Below, in pieces: positions 1-10,326 of a DNA stretch of 64,000 nt. Below the pieces are notes generated by a model, which made no database searches, was not told where the DNA came from, and saw only the letters and a program-made list of their open reading frames with translations. The stretch is from positions 1 to 64,000 of IMG/VR virus record IMGVR_UViG_3300005264_000040, one strand, 5' to 3'. The position numbers and the translations under genes are program-made. Within the stretch, counting starts at the first letter, position 1, and the number at the start of each line of letters is the position of its first letter. Origin of the DNA: a virus.

Positions 1-1
1 T

Positions 2-295
2 GATCCGGAATTTTTAAATTCCAGAATAAAAGAAGTAAAAGGATATCTAACAGAAAAAGGAGCTAAAAAACTTGACTTTGATTTTATAGATGATACAATG
101 ATAATAGAATTCTATAAAAAGAAGCAAAAGGAAGAATTGAAATTAATAACAACTCCAGTACTAAATAATTGGGAAGGAGAGGAACTAATACACGAAGTCG
201 GCGGCATAACTATAGATGAAGCTTTAAAAATAACAAGCTATACTTTAATGGATTACTTAGTAGAAAAATATGTGAAAGGGGAGGATGAAGAATGA
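2..295 (+). CDS. Hypothetical protein, 5'-truncated by the window edge
   Basis: Frame of ORF 98..295 is open back to base 2 (DPEFLNSRIKEVKG...); stop overlaps the next start. Confidence 0.7.
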   Translation, partial: DPEFLNSRIKEVKGYLTEKGAKKLDFDFIDDTMIIEFYKKKQKEELKLITTPVLNNWEGEELIHEVGGITIDEALKITSYTLMDYLVEKYVKGEDEE

Positions 296-1228
296 GGACC
301 GAAGAATTAAAAAAAGTATTACCAACATTAATGGAAATAGGAGAAGTACCAAACTTAATAGGACATGCTGGGGTAGGAAAAACCCAGATGCTTGAACAAA
401 TAGCGAAAGATACTGGAAGAGATTTATATTATGTAAATCTCGACCAGTTAGAACCGGGAGACTTTTATGGTCTCCCTATGATGAAAGATGGAAGGACTTA
501 TGAATCCTGCCACAGATGATTATGAAGTTAATGAAGTTGTAGATTCAGCATTCAATGATAGACTTGTTCATATAGTTGTAGTGAATCACTTTGAAGATTT
601 CAAAAGTTTTATGATGAGAAAATATGATGCTGACACAAGAATAGATGAATTTATAGCATCATTGGAAAATGTTAGAAAAACTTCTGGGGATCATGTATTC
701 CAAAAAGACGACATTATAGAATTACCAGAATTAACTCCAACTCCAAGGTCTTGGGAAAGATTATATAAAATATATAGACATGTAGATGATAAATTCTTCA
801 ATGAATATTTCTTAGAAATTGCAAGAGGAATAGTAGGAAAGGAAGCACCAATGTTTTATAGTGTCCTTGATAAAATGAGAAAAGAAGCATTCGCTTTAAG
901 TCCAGATGATCTCTGGAGAAAATCAGTGAGAAAACTTCAAAAGACCGAGCCAGCGTTAAGGATTGCTGTTTTAGATCAATTAAAGGAAGAAAACATTGCA
1001 ACCAGAGATGACGAAGAACTCTACAATTTCTTCGAGAATTTGGAAAAAGGTTATAAAACCGAAGAATTAAACATTCTTATGAGAATGGTTGTAGAAGATA
1101 AAGAACTCGCTGAGAAAATGGAAGAAATTAAATCAAGAGACAAAAAGCTCAGACGAGCCTATTTGAAACTAAAAGCAGGTAGTGACGACATCACTAACTT
1201 GCTTGACAATGTAGATAAATATTATTAA
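292..1228 (+). pseudogene. MoxR-type AAA+ ATPase, split into two ORFs (292..519, 488..1228) with the Walker B region missing
   Basis: Walker A GHAGVGKT and 'NLDQLEPGDFYGLP' in ORF1; 'MNPATDDYEV..DSAFNDRLVH' and 'PTPRSWERL' in ORF2; no hhhhDE motif in either; VWA partner downstream. Confidence 0.7.
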
Positions 1229-1236
1229 GGAGGGAT

Positions 1237-1644
1237 GTGCATATGATTATGGTTTTAGATAGATTAAAAAGTTTTGTTGGGAGGCTTCAATGGACTAATC
1301 ATGCCTCCCACCAATTAAGGCAAAGATTGAATTCAAAGTATAGAGATGGAGGCATATTTAATCCATATAAACTTGGAGAATGGAAAGGTGTTATGCCAGT
1401 ATTCGACCCTGAAGACAATAAAAAAAATGCATATTATAAAAAACAATGGAACTTAGAAGACTACAAAGGTCAGAAGTTCCATATTTTTTTTTGGATTCAT
1501 TCTAACAGAGTAGTAGAATTGATTATTGACTGGCGAGAAGAAGAACCAAAAGTTGTAACAGCAATAGTTATAATGGGAAAAACCATAAGAAAAAAAGTAA
1601 ATACTTTTTATCCACAATACAAATTGATTAAGGAGGGGTCTTGA
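1237..1644 (+). CDS. Hypothetical protein, possibly DUF4258/RelE-BrnT-like fold
   Basis: 'WTNHASHQLRQR ... KVVTAIV' resembles the DUF4258 pattern; motif resemblance only. Confidence 0.35.
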   Translation: MHMIMVLDRLKSFVGRLQWTNHASHQLRQRLNSKYRDGGIFNPYKLGEWKGVMPVFDPEDNKKNAYYKKQWNLEDYKGQKFHIFFWIHSNRVVELIIDWREEEPKVVTAIVIMGKTIRKKVNTFYPQYKLIKEGS

Positions 1645-1645
1645 A

Positions 1646-3274
1646 ATGGACCAGGAAGGAAGGCAACGCCTAATAAAAAAATTATCTTCTGCTATAAAAA
1701 AAGCAAAAGGACTTGGAGTTATAGGATTGAAATATAGTCCTCAAAATAAGCAAGACGCCTTTTACAATATATGGTTACAAAAGATGCAGTTTGCAATATC
1801 CGCAAAGTTAAAAGCACCTGCAGCTATCACTTTTAATCATCATAAAAATAAATTTGTACTCTTTATTAATCCTTTAATGGCCTGGGCTTTCATACAAGCA
1901 GCATGGGAATATAAAGGAAACAGTGGAGAACCTGATGAAGAATTCACAGCATCTATTTTCAGAGGTTTTATTAAACATGAAATTCTTCATGGAGCATTAA
2001 AACATGTTTTTCTTTCTAAAAGAAGGACAAATCATGAACTGTCTAACATATGTCAAGATGCAATAATTAACCTAATGGTTGAAGAAATGGATAAACATGT
2101 ACCAAATGATTCAATAGAGGCGCACCTTGGTTTGGCACCATTTGAAATAGAGGCTCTTATTAAAGGTGTAAAAGGTTGGAAACTTTATGCTGAAAAGAAG
2201 GATCCAGCTTGGGAGGATTTATATGATTTTTATATAGAAAGAATGCCACCTCAACCTGAATCAAATGATGAAGAAGATGAAAATCAAGGTGGTGGCAGTG
2301 GTGAAGGTCAAGAAGGGACAGGACAAAACGGAGACCATGAAGGAAAAAGTAAAGGTAAAGGGCAAAGTTCTAAAAATGATGAAGGTGGCGATCAAGATAA
2401 AAAAGAAGATTCTGGAGGAGGTCAAGGGAATGATAAAGAGGGACAACCCACGCCCGAAGATGTAGAAGAAATAACAGATGAAATAAGAAAACAACTTCAA
2501 GAATTCGGAGAATTAGATGAAGAAGATGTAAGCGCAGATATAGAAGAACAAGCAGTTAAAGGTCAAGGAGTAAGACCAGATGCTGAAAGTGCTGCACAAG
2601 AAAAAATGAATGAAATGAATAAAGAAGCTATAAACGAACTACAACATGGAAAACTTAAAGGGGATAAACATTTTGATTGGCTTCTTAAAATATTGATAAA
2701 AGTTACCAAGAAAAGAATAAATTGGAGAAAATTATTAAAGAAAGCTGTGGTTAAATGGTTTGGAGAGTATTCCGATAAAAGATATTCTTACAAACGACCT
2801 AATCGAAGAATACCACAATTCATGGGTGTTAAACAAAAACCTTCCGCAGTAAAAATGTTAGTTCTCATAGATACTTCAGGTTCTGTGTCTGATAAACTAT
2901 TAAAAATATTTTTAGAAGAAACTATAAATCTTATAAGAATAAATAATATAGATGCAAAAATCTTCTCATATGACGTGACAACAAATGAAATACCAATGAG
3001 AGCAGCTAAAGCTGGGAGAATCACCATAACCGGAAGAGGCGGTACTTCTGTAGAAGCAGCTTTAAAAGAAGTACAACAAAAATATCCGAAATTATTCAAT
3101 AAAAAAAATATGCTGTTGATATTTACAGACACATATGATGATTTTCCAGACGAAAAATATCACAGCATATTTAAACATAAAATTTTAGTAAGTACAGAAG
3201 TGGTAGATAATGTGTTTGTATCAAAAGCTAAAAGTCATGGTTTCAAACATATTATTATTTCCGAAAAAGAGTAA
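1646..3274 (+). CDS. DUF2201-like putative metallopeptidase + VWA domain protein (AAA partner)
   Basis: HEILH (HExxH), acidic Gly-rich linker, MIDAS DTSGS, GRGGT, IFTD. Confidence 0.85.
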   Translation: MDQEGRQRLIKKLSSAIKKAKGLGVIGLKYSPQNKQDAFYNIWLQKMQFAISAKLKAPAAITFNHHKNKFVLFINPLMAWAFIQAAWEYKGNSGEPDEEFTASIFRGFIKHEILHGALKHVFLSKRRTNHELSNICQDAIINLMVEEMDKHVPNDSIEAHLGLAPFEIEALIKGVKGWKLYAEKKDPAWEDLYDFYIERMPPQPESNDEEDENQGGGSGEGQEGTGQNGDHEGKSKGKGQSSKNDEGGDQDKKEDSGGGQGNDKEGQPTPEDVEEITDEIRKQLQEFGELDEEDVSADIEEQAVKGQGVRPDAESAAQEKMNEMNKEAINELQHGKLKGDKHFDWLLKILIKVTKKRINWRKLLKKAVVKWFGEYSDKRYSYKRPNRRIPQFMGVKQKPSAVKMLVLIDTSGSVSDKLLKIFLEETINLIRINNIDAKIFSYDVTTNEIPMRAAKAGRITITGRGGTSVEAALKEVQQKYPKLFNKKNMLLIFTDTYDDFPDEKYHSIFKHKILVSTEVVDNVFVSKAKSHGFKHIIISEKE

Positions 3275-3369
3275 AACGTCGCAAACCCACTATTCAAAGG
3301 GGTGCATTTGACGTTCAACGGTCCTATTATATATATATAATAGAGTCGTTACCCGTCATTTGCACCCCT
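3273..3369. repeat. Nested palindromic element, copy 1 of 3
   Basis: GGGGTGCA..TGACG..CTATTATATATATATAATAG (3324-3343)..CGTCA..TGCACCCC; near-identical copies at 43468 and 62225. Confidence 0.95.
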
Positions 3370-3510
3370 AACGTTTCAGCTCTATAAGCGAGTTTTAGAA
3401 AATTCAAAACGTCTGAAATGAAGTACAATTTTACTAGAAAGGAGGTTTTACATTATGAAATAGAACAATAGAAATGCTCCAAACATCGCTATAAAGAGGA
3501 TTAGAGATAT

Positions 3511-3545
3511 AATATGTATGCCATATTATGCTTAAGTTACATGTT
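3511..3545 (+). repeat. 35-bp conserved block, copy 1 of 2
   Basis: AATATGTATGCCATATTATGCTTAAGTTACATGTT; 33/35 identical to 43711..43745. Confidence 0.9.
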
Positions 3546-3609
3546 ATATTTAAAATGTTAAATATTAAGCCACATCCATCTTTACACCACACACAAATCA
3601 AAGAAAAGG

Positions 3610-4035
3610 ATGTGGTCAAAGATGAATAAGTTTTTTAAAATTGTTATGGAAGTATTAGAGGATGAAAAAATTGCACCATTATTAGTAGGAGGGTTAGCAT
3701 ATGCAGCTATGCGTTTTGCTACAGTATCAGATCATAAAATACCTTTAGCCAACAATTCATATTCTCAACCGAAAAAACAATCATTTAATCATGAAAAAGT
3801 TTATGATTGGCTGAAAATTATAATAACAGATATGATAAGGACAGGAGAATTACCAAAAATGAATTTCTATGATGTTGTAAGAATCGCAAAAGATGCTGGT
3901 GCAACATTTAGAGATTGGCAAACTGTATATGAACAAGTGAATTTTAAAAACAAAAAGCATGACAGAGTGTATAAAAAAGCAGTAGAACATTTCTATAAGA
4001 GAAGGATAAGTAATGGAAGGTACGAACTTGAATAA
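3610..4035 (+). CDS. Hypothetical protein with short N-terminal hydrophobic segment (alternative start 3622)
   Basis: 141-aa ORF; start region lies inside hairpin CCACATCC(3570-77)/GGATGTGG(3608-15). Confidence 0.75.
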   Translation: MWSKMNKFFKIVMEVLEDEKIAPLLVGGLAYAAMRFATVSDHKIPLANNSYSQPKKQSFNHEKVYDWLKIIITDMIRTGELPKMNFYDVVRIAKDAGATFRDWQTVYEQVNFKNKKHDRVYKKAVEHFYKRRISNGRYELE

Positions 4036-4097
4036 AAAAACCCGACCGGGTGCAGTCGGGTGGGGGTTCTATACAGGGCAAAAGAGGGGTGTCTCCA
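4034..4097 (-). ncRNA. Putative ~65-nt C-rich small RNA
   Basis: Minus-strand TTAGCA-N18-(TG)TATACT promoter (4132-4103), no ORF, CCCGAC/GTCGGG hairpin followed by T7. Confidence 0.5.
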
Positions 4098-4176
4098 CAA
4101 TTAGTATAACATAGTTTTTCTAAGCTTGCTAAACCCTTTTTTTGTCCCGTGTAACCCTTATTTGGCAAAAAGGAAT

Positions 4177-4206
4177 TTGACTTCGTGTCACAGAATGTGA
4201 TATAAT
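4177..4206 (+). promoter_or_regulatory. Sigma70-type promoter with extended -10
   Basis: TTGACT-N18-TATAAT with TG; flanked by imperfect IR CTTCGTGTCAC/GTGACAGAAG. Confidence 0.7.
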
Positions 4207-4249
4207 GAAAGTGACAGAAGCGGAAAAACCGCATAGGAGGGGAAGAAAA

Positions 4250-4669
4250 ATGCTTAAGAATTTCAAGTTTAAAATTTGTACAAGAGAAGATGCAATAAAA
4301 GTAGCAAATATATTTTTACCGTTTATAAAATCCAAACCTGTGACGGAAGATTATAAAAAATATGTGGAATTTTTGAAGAATGGGATAGAAGATGAAGGTT
4401 TAATTTCTTCAACGTTATACTTTTTAAGAAACAAGACTTATGAAGAAGCACCTTTAGCCTATTTACTCTTTAATAAAATGTTGTATGACAAAATAATTGA
4501 AATACAAGAATTAGACCCTAATGATTTATCAATAAAAGCAATTGTAGCATTGGGATGGTTTAACTATATGAGTTTATCAGAACTTCAAAAAGAAGCGGAC
4601 TACTATTCTAAAGAAGTTGCTGGTGAAATTCAAAGAATATTATTAGAAAATAAGGAAGGAGATGAATAA
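4250..4669 (+). CDS. Hypothetical protein
   Basis: ORF 4205..4669; GGAGG SD supports ATG 4250. Confidence 0.75.
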   Translation: MLKNFKFKICTREDAIKVANIFLPFIKSKPVTEDYKKYVEFLKNGIEDEGLISSTLYFLRNKTYEEAPLAYLLFNKMLYDKIIEIQELDPNDLSIKAIVALGWFNYMSLSELQKEADYYSKEVAGEIQRILLENKEGDE

Positions 4670-5105
4670 TATGGATAGAATTTTAGAAGCTATAATGAAA
4701 TGCAAATCAATGGATTTGAATTTTTTAGATGAAGTTTTGTTAAACATAGAATATGCAACAGATGAAAGCGTAGAAGATTTAGTAGGTGGTGAATGTGAAT
4801 TTCATGCTGTTTTGTCGCATGCTTTTGAGGTTTTGATTCAAGATTTTAAAGATAGACTGTTTGATATGCTTTATGATGAATTCTATGAAGAATATTCTCA
4901 GGAATATATTGAAGAATGGATAGATGGGAAGGTGAAAGATGGATATTACTTAAATTATATAGATTCTCATCTCGAAGAACCAGCATTAGAAGAAGTAATT
5001 AAAGCAGATTACACAGAAGATATTGATGAAATATACAAAAGAACATTAAAAGAATATAAGAAACTTTTCTGTGATGAGAATAAGTTAGAATGCGGTAAAG
5101 AATAA
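4662..5105 (+). CDS. Hypothetical acidic protein
   Basis: SD, overlaps previous stop. Confidence 0.75.
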   Translation: MNNMDRILEAIMKCKSMDLNFLDEVLLNIEYATDESVEDLVGGECEFHAVLSHAFEVLIQDFKDRLFDMLYDEFYEEYSQEYIEEWIDGKVKDGYYLNYIDSHLEEPALEEVIKADYTEDIDEIYKRTLKEYKKLFCDENKLECGKE

Positions 5106-5128
5106 TATTGTAGAAAGGAGATGCCAGT

Positions 5129-6349
5129 ATGGATATTAATGAATTTTTAAAGAGAATAAAGTCGGAAGAGGAAAATCCTCTTCCCGACATTCTCGAAGAG
5201 ATAAAAAGGGAAGAGCCTATTAAAATAAAAAAAGAGCCTCTTCTTTTAGATGATGAAAAACCAGAAACTGAAGAAATAGATTTTATAGTAAAAGAAAATA
5301 AGATTCTCAATAAGCAAGAGCATGAGGTGGAATTCAGAAAACACGCAGTATATCCTGCAGTTAATCCAACTAAAATATTATTGCCAGATTATTATAAGAA
5401 AAACGGTTGGATTTCAATAGGAATAGAAGTTGCGACATTAAATGATCCTGAGGATAGATTTTCTCCTAGGACCAAGGTAAAAGCGGAAGCAATGCTTCAT
5501 ATTCCGCAAACTAATACTTCACCAGAAGAAATAAAACAAGCATTGCTAAATTTAGGAAGTACAGTTGAAGAAGCAGCATTAAAACAATTAGAACATACTT
5601 TAAGCAAACAACAAGAAAGGAGCGATATTATAATGATAGCAAAGATTAATATATGGGACAAAGTTTCGGAGGTAATTGATACATTAACCACAGATAATCC
5701 ACATCACGTATTCATGGTGATAAAGAAACAATTATATGTATTCTTTAGGGATAATTTAACTTTAAAGATTAGAAAGAACTTAATGGAACAATATCAATGG
5801 AAGAATGATGTAAAAAAATACATCAGTTTTAATGTTTCATCAGAAACTTCAGTTAAAACAGTAAAAGAAACAGATACATTCTATACGATAGAATTCGAAC
5901 TTGGTTCTGTAAGAGAAGTTGTTGATGCAGCAATTATGGAAATGGTAAATACAACTGAAATTGACAAAGAATTAGAAATAGAATTTAAAGAAAAGAAAAA
6001 GAAGAAGAGAAGAAACGCAAATAAGGAAATGACAGCAAAAGTTGTACAAGAAAAGCCAAAAGAAAAGAAACCAAAAAAGAAAAAAGAAGAAAAAGTTAAA
6101 ATGGATAATTTTTTAGATATGGCCAAACTTAATGAAATAAAGAAAGAAATACAGTCTAAAAAGAAAAGAACTACAAAGAAATCAATAAAAGCCAACGTTG
6201 CAAAAACAGAAGGTTCATGGATGACAGTAAAAGAGGCTGCAGAAAAATTAGGAATATCTACTAGAACAGTTTATAGAAGAATAAAATCTGGGGAATTTCT
6301 AATGAAAGAAGAAGGAAAGACCAAATATGTATTGATTAGGGGGAAATAA
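5129..6349 (+). CDS. Protein with C-terminal excisionase-like HTH (HTH_17)
   Basis: WMTVKEAAEKLGISTRTVYRRIKSGE at C-terminus. Confidence 0.75.
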   Translation: MDINEFLKRIKSEEENPLPDILEEIKREEPIKIKKEPLLLDDEKPETEEIDFIVKENKILNKQEHEVEFRKHAVYPAVNPTKILLPDYYKKNGWISIGIEVATLNDPEDRFSPRTKVKAEAMLHIPQTNTSPEEIKQALLNLGSTVEEAALKQLEHTLSKQQERSDIIMIAKINIWDKVSEVIDTLTTDNPHHVFMVIKKQLYVFFRDNLTLKIRKNLMEQYQWKNDVKKYISFNVSSETSVKTVKETDTFYTIEFELGSVREVVDAAIMEMVNTTEIDKELEIEFKEKKKKKRRNANKEMTAKVVQEKPKEKKPKKKKEEKVKMDNFLDMAKLNEIKKEIQSKKKRTTKKSIKANVAKTEGSWMTVKEAAEKLGISTRTVYRRIKSGEFLMKEEGKTKYVLIRGK

Positions 6350-6351
6350 AG

Positions 6352-7038
6352 ATGAGGCCAAGGAAAATTATAGATAAAACAGATGAAGATATTGCAACAT
6401 CTTTTTATTTTGAATTAAGACAAAAAGTATTGGAAGTAGAAAAAGAAATTATACAAAAATATGGAATAGGAAATACACAATTAATAGATTATGTGCTTCC
6501 AATAAACAATATGCCTATTTCAGCAGCATATAGATATGACAATCCAATAATCAAAGCATCTCTTGAATATATAGAAAATGAGTTTTTTAATAGTTGGGAA
6601 CATGCGGATAAAACAATAGAAATTCATATTGCTGTAGAAAAAAAATCTTTTAATAAATATATGAAAACACACGGAGGTTGGTTTGTAAGGGCCAATCTCC
6701 CTTTAAATTATTTTATATATGAACCAGTGATGCTATTTATGATTGCATATGCCTTTAGAAAAAAGGAAAATAAGTGGAAAGGACTTGCAAGTGGAAAAAG
6801 CGCGAAAAAAGTTTTAAATGCAGCTGGAGTTAAAAATGATTATATTATAGAAAATTTAAAAAAAGTAGTATATAAAAATGCTGATACTAATGAGAAAAGT
6901 TTCTATGTAGAAGAATTCATTCCTAGCAAGAAAATAAATTATAATTATGCTTTGTCTGGACTATTGACATTGAATTTACTTGGATTAATAAATCTTCCAC
7001 AATTGGAAGAAGCATTTAGAAATTACTCAAATTTATGA
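6352..7038 (+). CDS. Hypothetical protein
   Basis: 228-aa ORF, packed operon. Confidence 0.75.
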   Translation: MRPRKIIDKTDEDIATSFYFELRQKVLEVEKEIIQKYGIGNTQLIDYVLPINNMPISAAYRYDNPIIKASLEYIENEFFNSWEHADKTIEIHIAVEKKSFNKYMKTHGGWFVRANLPLNYFIYEPVMLFMIAYAFRKKENKWKGLASGKSAKKVLNAAGVKNDYIIENLKKVVYKNADTNEKSFYVEEFIPSKKINYNYALSGLLTLNLLGLINLPQLEEAFRNYSNL

Positions 7039-7057
7039 GAAAGGAGTTGGATTACTA

Positions 7058-7684
7058 ATGATTATTTCTATCAAGGAACAGATAAAAGAAAGGATAGAAA
7101 AGATAGATACAGCAATAAGAAAGTATTTCGAAATAGACGATTTATTTGAACATTCATATGATAAAATTGTATTTACAGAGGAAGAAGCATCTGACGAATA
7201 CTATATTTATACAGCTGTTAATATTTTAAACGATAATGCTGAACTATGTTATGCTATCGGGCAACAAGAAAAAATAGAACAAATGATTATTGAAGGGATC
7301 GAAGATGGATTTTATCCAAAAGCTGCAACTGATTATGAATATTTTATTGCACATGAAATTATGCATTTAATAGAATGGAGAATCATCCTACATTATTTTC
7401 CAGAAATGAGATTTTCATATTTTGATGAAGCATTTTTGAGTAGAAAAATTCTAAATAAAATGAAAAATAAGTATTCTGAAAAAAGAATCATAGAAGAATT
7501 AGGAAAACATATTTTAGAAGATGAAGAAATAGAACCAAAAGAATTTACTGCAGCAATAGTAGGAGCTTATTTTAACACAAGATTGTTACCGAATGGTTTT
7601 TTGAATGACGGTATTTCTTTGATTGGTGCAGCAATCCAAGATATAAGGGGGAATTTTGATGGAAATCTTACAACAATGGCGTGA
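7058..7684 (+). CDS. Putative HExxH zinc-metallopeptidase-fold protein
   Basis: FIAHEIMHLIE motif. Confidence 0.5.
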   Translation: MIISIKEQIKERIEKIDTAIRKYFEIDDLFEHSYDKIVFTEEEASDEYYIYTAVNILNDNAELCYAIGQQEKIEQMIIEGIEDGFYPKAATDYEYFIAHEIMHLIEWRIILHYFPEMRFSYFDEAFLSRKILNKMKNKYSEKRIIEELGKHILEDEEIEPKEFTAAIVGAYFNTRLLPNGFLNDGISLIGAAIQDIRGNFDGNLTTMA

Positions 7685-7907
7685 TTATGTAATTCGAAAT
7701 AGAGAATTTGAAGAAAGATTAAAAAAAGCAATTCTGTATTCTCCAGAAGATTTCAATAAAACTTTCAAGAACAAAAAGATGGAAATGATTGATAAAGTTG
7801 AAAGTGAAATTGAAAGGATAAAAGCTTATGTTATGGATGAATATCTTGTAATTGAACATACAATATTTTTGCCAAAAAAGATTACTTTATTTTATGTTTA
7901 TTACTAA
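7656..7907 (+). CDS. Hypothetical protein
   Basis: 83-aa ORF, coupled to neighbours. Confidence 0.65.
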   Translation: MMEILQQWRDYVIRNREFEERLKKAILYSPEDFNKTFKNKKMEMIDKVESEIERIKAYVMDEYLVIEHTIFLPKKITLFYVYY

Positions 7908-9648
7908 TAAGGGGATGAAAAAAATGAAACTAACAGAAGAACAAAAAACTATAGTAGAAGCAAGCAAAGGAGACTTTGATATACTTCGAATAAATGCATA
8001 TGCAGGAACTGGAAAAACAACTACTTTAGTAGAAATTGCAAAAGCTAATCCGCATAAAAGGTTCCTGTATTTAGCTTTTAATAGATCTATTGCTGAGGAA
8101 GCAAGACAGAAATTTCCTTCAAATGTAATTGCTTACACAACACATTCTTTTGCTTTACGTCAATTGAAGAAAAACGGTTTCAAAGCTAAGTTAAAAGATG
8201 ATTTAAGAAAAGAAATGAAAGAATTTGTGATAAGCACATCTAATTTCAGCCAACTTTCTGAAGAAAACAAAAGTGTTATAATAGAATTGATGAGCACAAC
8301 TATTTCTAAAATATGTAATTCTGATTTATCACCATTTATATTTGCAAATCATAATTCTGTAGAAGAAATGCTATATGATACTCAAGATTTTGAAGATGTA
8401 TATCAAAAGGTTGGCAAATACATGTCAATTAATTCTTTCATTACATCTATTGCGTTATTTTTAGAAACATATTTGCCGAGTGATATAGAAACTTTAACTG
8501 AAACTACGCATGACTTATATTTAAAATTGTTTCATATTCAACTTGGATTAGAAAACATAACAACAGATGAATATGATGTAGTTTTATTAGATGAAGCTCA
8601 AGATACTAATCCAGTTACTTATGAAATTTTTAATTTATTGAAAGGACAAAAAATCATAGTTGGAGATAATCTCCAGAAGATTTATGGGTTTAGGGGTTCT
8701 ATAAATATATTAGAAAAATACGATTATTCATTAACAACAAGTTTTAGATATACGCAAGATATTGCAGATAGAATAAAAGAATTTACATCGGTTTTGATGA
8801 ATCACAACATTGATCTTAAAGGAATACAAAAACAAAATACTATAAGGACGCAAGCAGAACTTGTGCGTTCTAATTTTGAACTATATCAAACTATAGAAAA
8901 AAGATCTGGCAAAGTTATTTCGTTAAGAAATCCATATGCAATTTTTCAACCAATTTTTGATATAATTTATTTTGAGAGAAATAGTTCGCCGTTTAATAAA
9001 ATTTTTAAAACAAAAGAAGAATTCAAAGAATTCGTAGAACTCACAAACAAATATTCTTATATTGCAGCATTTCGTATTTTAGAACGTACTTATAACAAAA
9101 GTAAAATATTTGCTTTGTACAATAAAGTAAAAGAAACCACAGCTAATAAGAATGCAGATGTATATGTAAGCACGGTACATTCCGCAAAAGGGCTAGAATG
9201 GGATAAAGTAATAGTAAATGTAAATATATTACATATTTTAGTAGAAAAACTAGCTTATATGGTAGCAAAAGGAGATTTGCCAGCAAATTACGATGAGTTT
9301 ATAGAAAACAAAGAAGTTTCTGAAGAATTAAATTTGTACTATGTAGCTTTATCAAGAGGTAAATATGAAGTAATAGAGAAACACAACGAACATAGTTATA
9401 GTGAAATACGAGATATAATGGAAGATATGATAACAGAAGCAACTGATTTTTATTTGGAATCTGAATTTTATAAAGATAATCCAAAGTTTAAAAGCATTCT
9501 TCTTCAAAGGCTTAAGAAAAAATTGAAAAAATACGAAAAATATCAGTCATTTGATGAAGATTACAAAGTAGAAGTAAATGAAGATGAAGAAATTTCAGAA
9601 AAAATGAAGCAGATTATCAAAGAGATTTTTAATATAAAAGAAGGTTGA
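7852..9648 (+). CDS. UvrD/Rep-like superfamily 1 helicase (start probably 7914-7924)
   Basis: AYAGTGKT, DEAQD, GDNLQKIYGFRG, STVHSAKGLEWD, YVALSRGK. Confidence 0.92.
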   Translation: MNIQYFCQKRLLYFMFITNKGMKKMKLTEEQKTIVEASKGDFDILRINAYAGTGKTTTLVEIAKANPHKRFLYLAFNRSIAEEARQKFPSNVIAYTTHSFALRQLKKNGFKAKLKDDLRKEMKEFVISTSNFSQLSEENKSVIIELMSTTISKICNSDLSPFIFANHNSVEEMLYDTQDFEDVYQKVGKYMSINSFITSIALFLETYLPSDIETLTETTHDLYLKLFHIQLGLENITTDEYDVVLLDEAQDTNPVTYEIFNLLKGQKIIVGDNLQKIYGFRGSINILEKYDYSLTTSFRYTQDIADRIKEFTSVLMNHNIDLKGIQKQNTIRTQAELVRSNFELYQTIEKRSGKVISLRNPYAIFQPIFDIIYFERNSSPFNKIFKTKEEFKEFVELTNKYSYIAAFRILERTYNKSKIFALYNKVKETTANKNADVYVSTVHSAKGLEWDKVIVNVNILHILVEKLAYMVAKGDLPANYDEFIENKEVSEELNLYYVALSRGKYEVIEKHNEHSYSEIRDIMEDMITEATDFYLESEFYKDNPKFKSILLQRLKKKLKKYEKYQSFDEDYKVEVNEDEEISEKMKQIIKEIFNIKEG

Positions 9649-9652
9649 TAAT

Positions 9653-10309
9653 ATGCGAAAAGCGCCTGAAAAGTTTATAAAAGAAGTACAACTTGCAAAT
9701 TTGAATCTTTTGAAAGCATTCAATTTACAAAATCGAATTGAAACAGTTTATGATAGAATATCAATAGATAACTTTGCTTTAATAATCCCAGATTTTTATA
9801 TCATGTCAGCTTTTGAAGAAAAGAAGCCAAATATATATATAGGCGAAATTATTTATAATACTATGTCGAAAAACATTGAGCACATCAACGTTGAATTAGA
9901 AAAATTAGTAGAAGACGGTTTTTTGCCAGATTTTAAACTTGACTATAGATATCTCATTTATAAAAGATTATTTAGGTTATTAATGGCGAAAATTATGGCA
10001 ATGTTTAAAGTTCATAATCCCACTAATCCAGATAACAATTTTGTCATAAACAAAACTTACAAATGGATATTGGATGTTTTTGATAAAGAATATATAATAG
10101 AATTGTTAGGTAATAATATATTAGATGGCGGATTAGACGATACTGGTATTTGGATATTAGAAGCAGATTTAATAGAACCTTTTAATCTTTGCGAAAATAT
10201 AGTAGCATTATATCTAACGCAAGAAAAACCTCTTCCAGATTTAATTGAAGAAGGCTTTTGGAAAATAGATTTTGAAATTCAAAATGCAAAAGAGAAAATG
10301 CTAGTATAA
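9653..10309 (+). CDS. Hypothetical protein
   Basis: 218-aa ORF with SD. Confidence 0.75.
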   Translation: MRKAPEKFIKEVQLANLNLLKAFNLQNRIETVYDRISIDNFALIIPDFYIMSAFEEKKPNIYIGEIIYNTMSKNIEHINVELEKLVEDGFLPDFKLDYRYLIYKRLFRLLMAKIMAMFKVHNPTNPDNNFVINKTYKWILDVFDKEYIIELLGNNILDGGLDDTGIWILEADLIEPFNLCENIVALYLTQEKPLPDLIEEGFWKIDFEIQNAKEKMLV

Positions 10310-10326
10310 GAAAGGAGAATACCAAA

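Noticed and set aside
2265-2470. Acidic Gly-rich low-complexity stretch as a separate repeat element (likewise the SSB Q/P tail at 52220-52340)
   Set aside because: Ordinary disordered linkers or tails within proteins.
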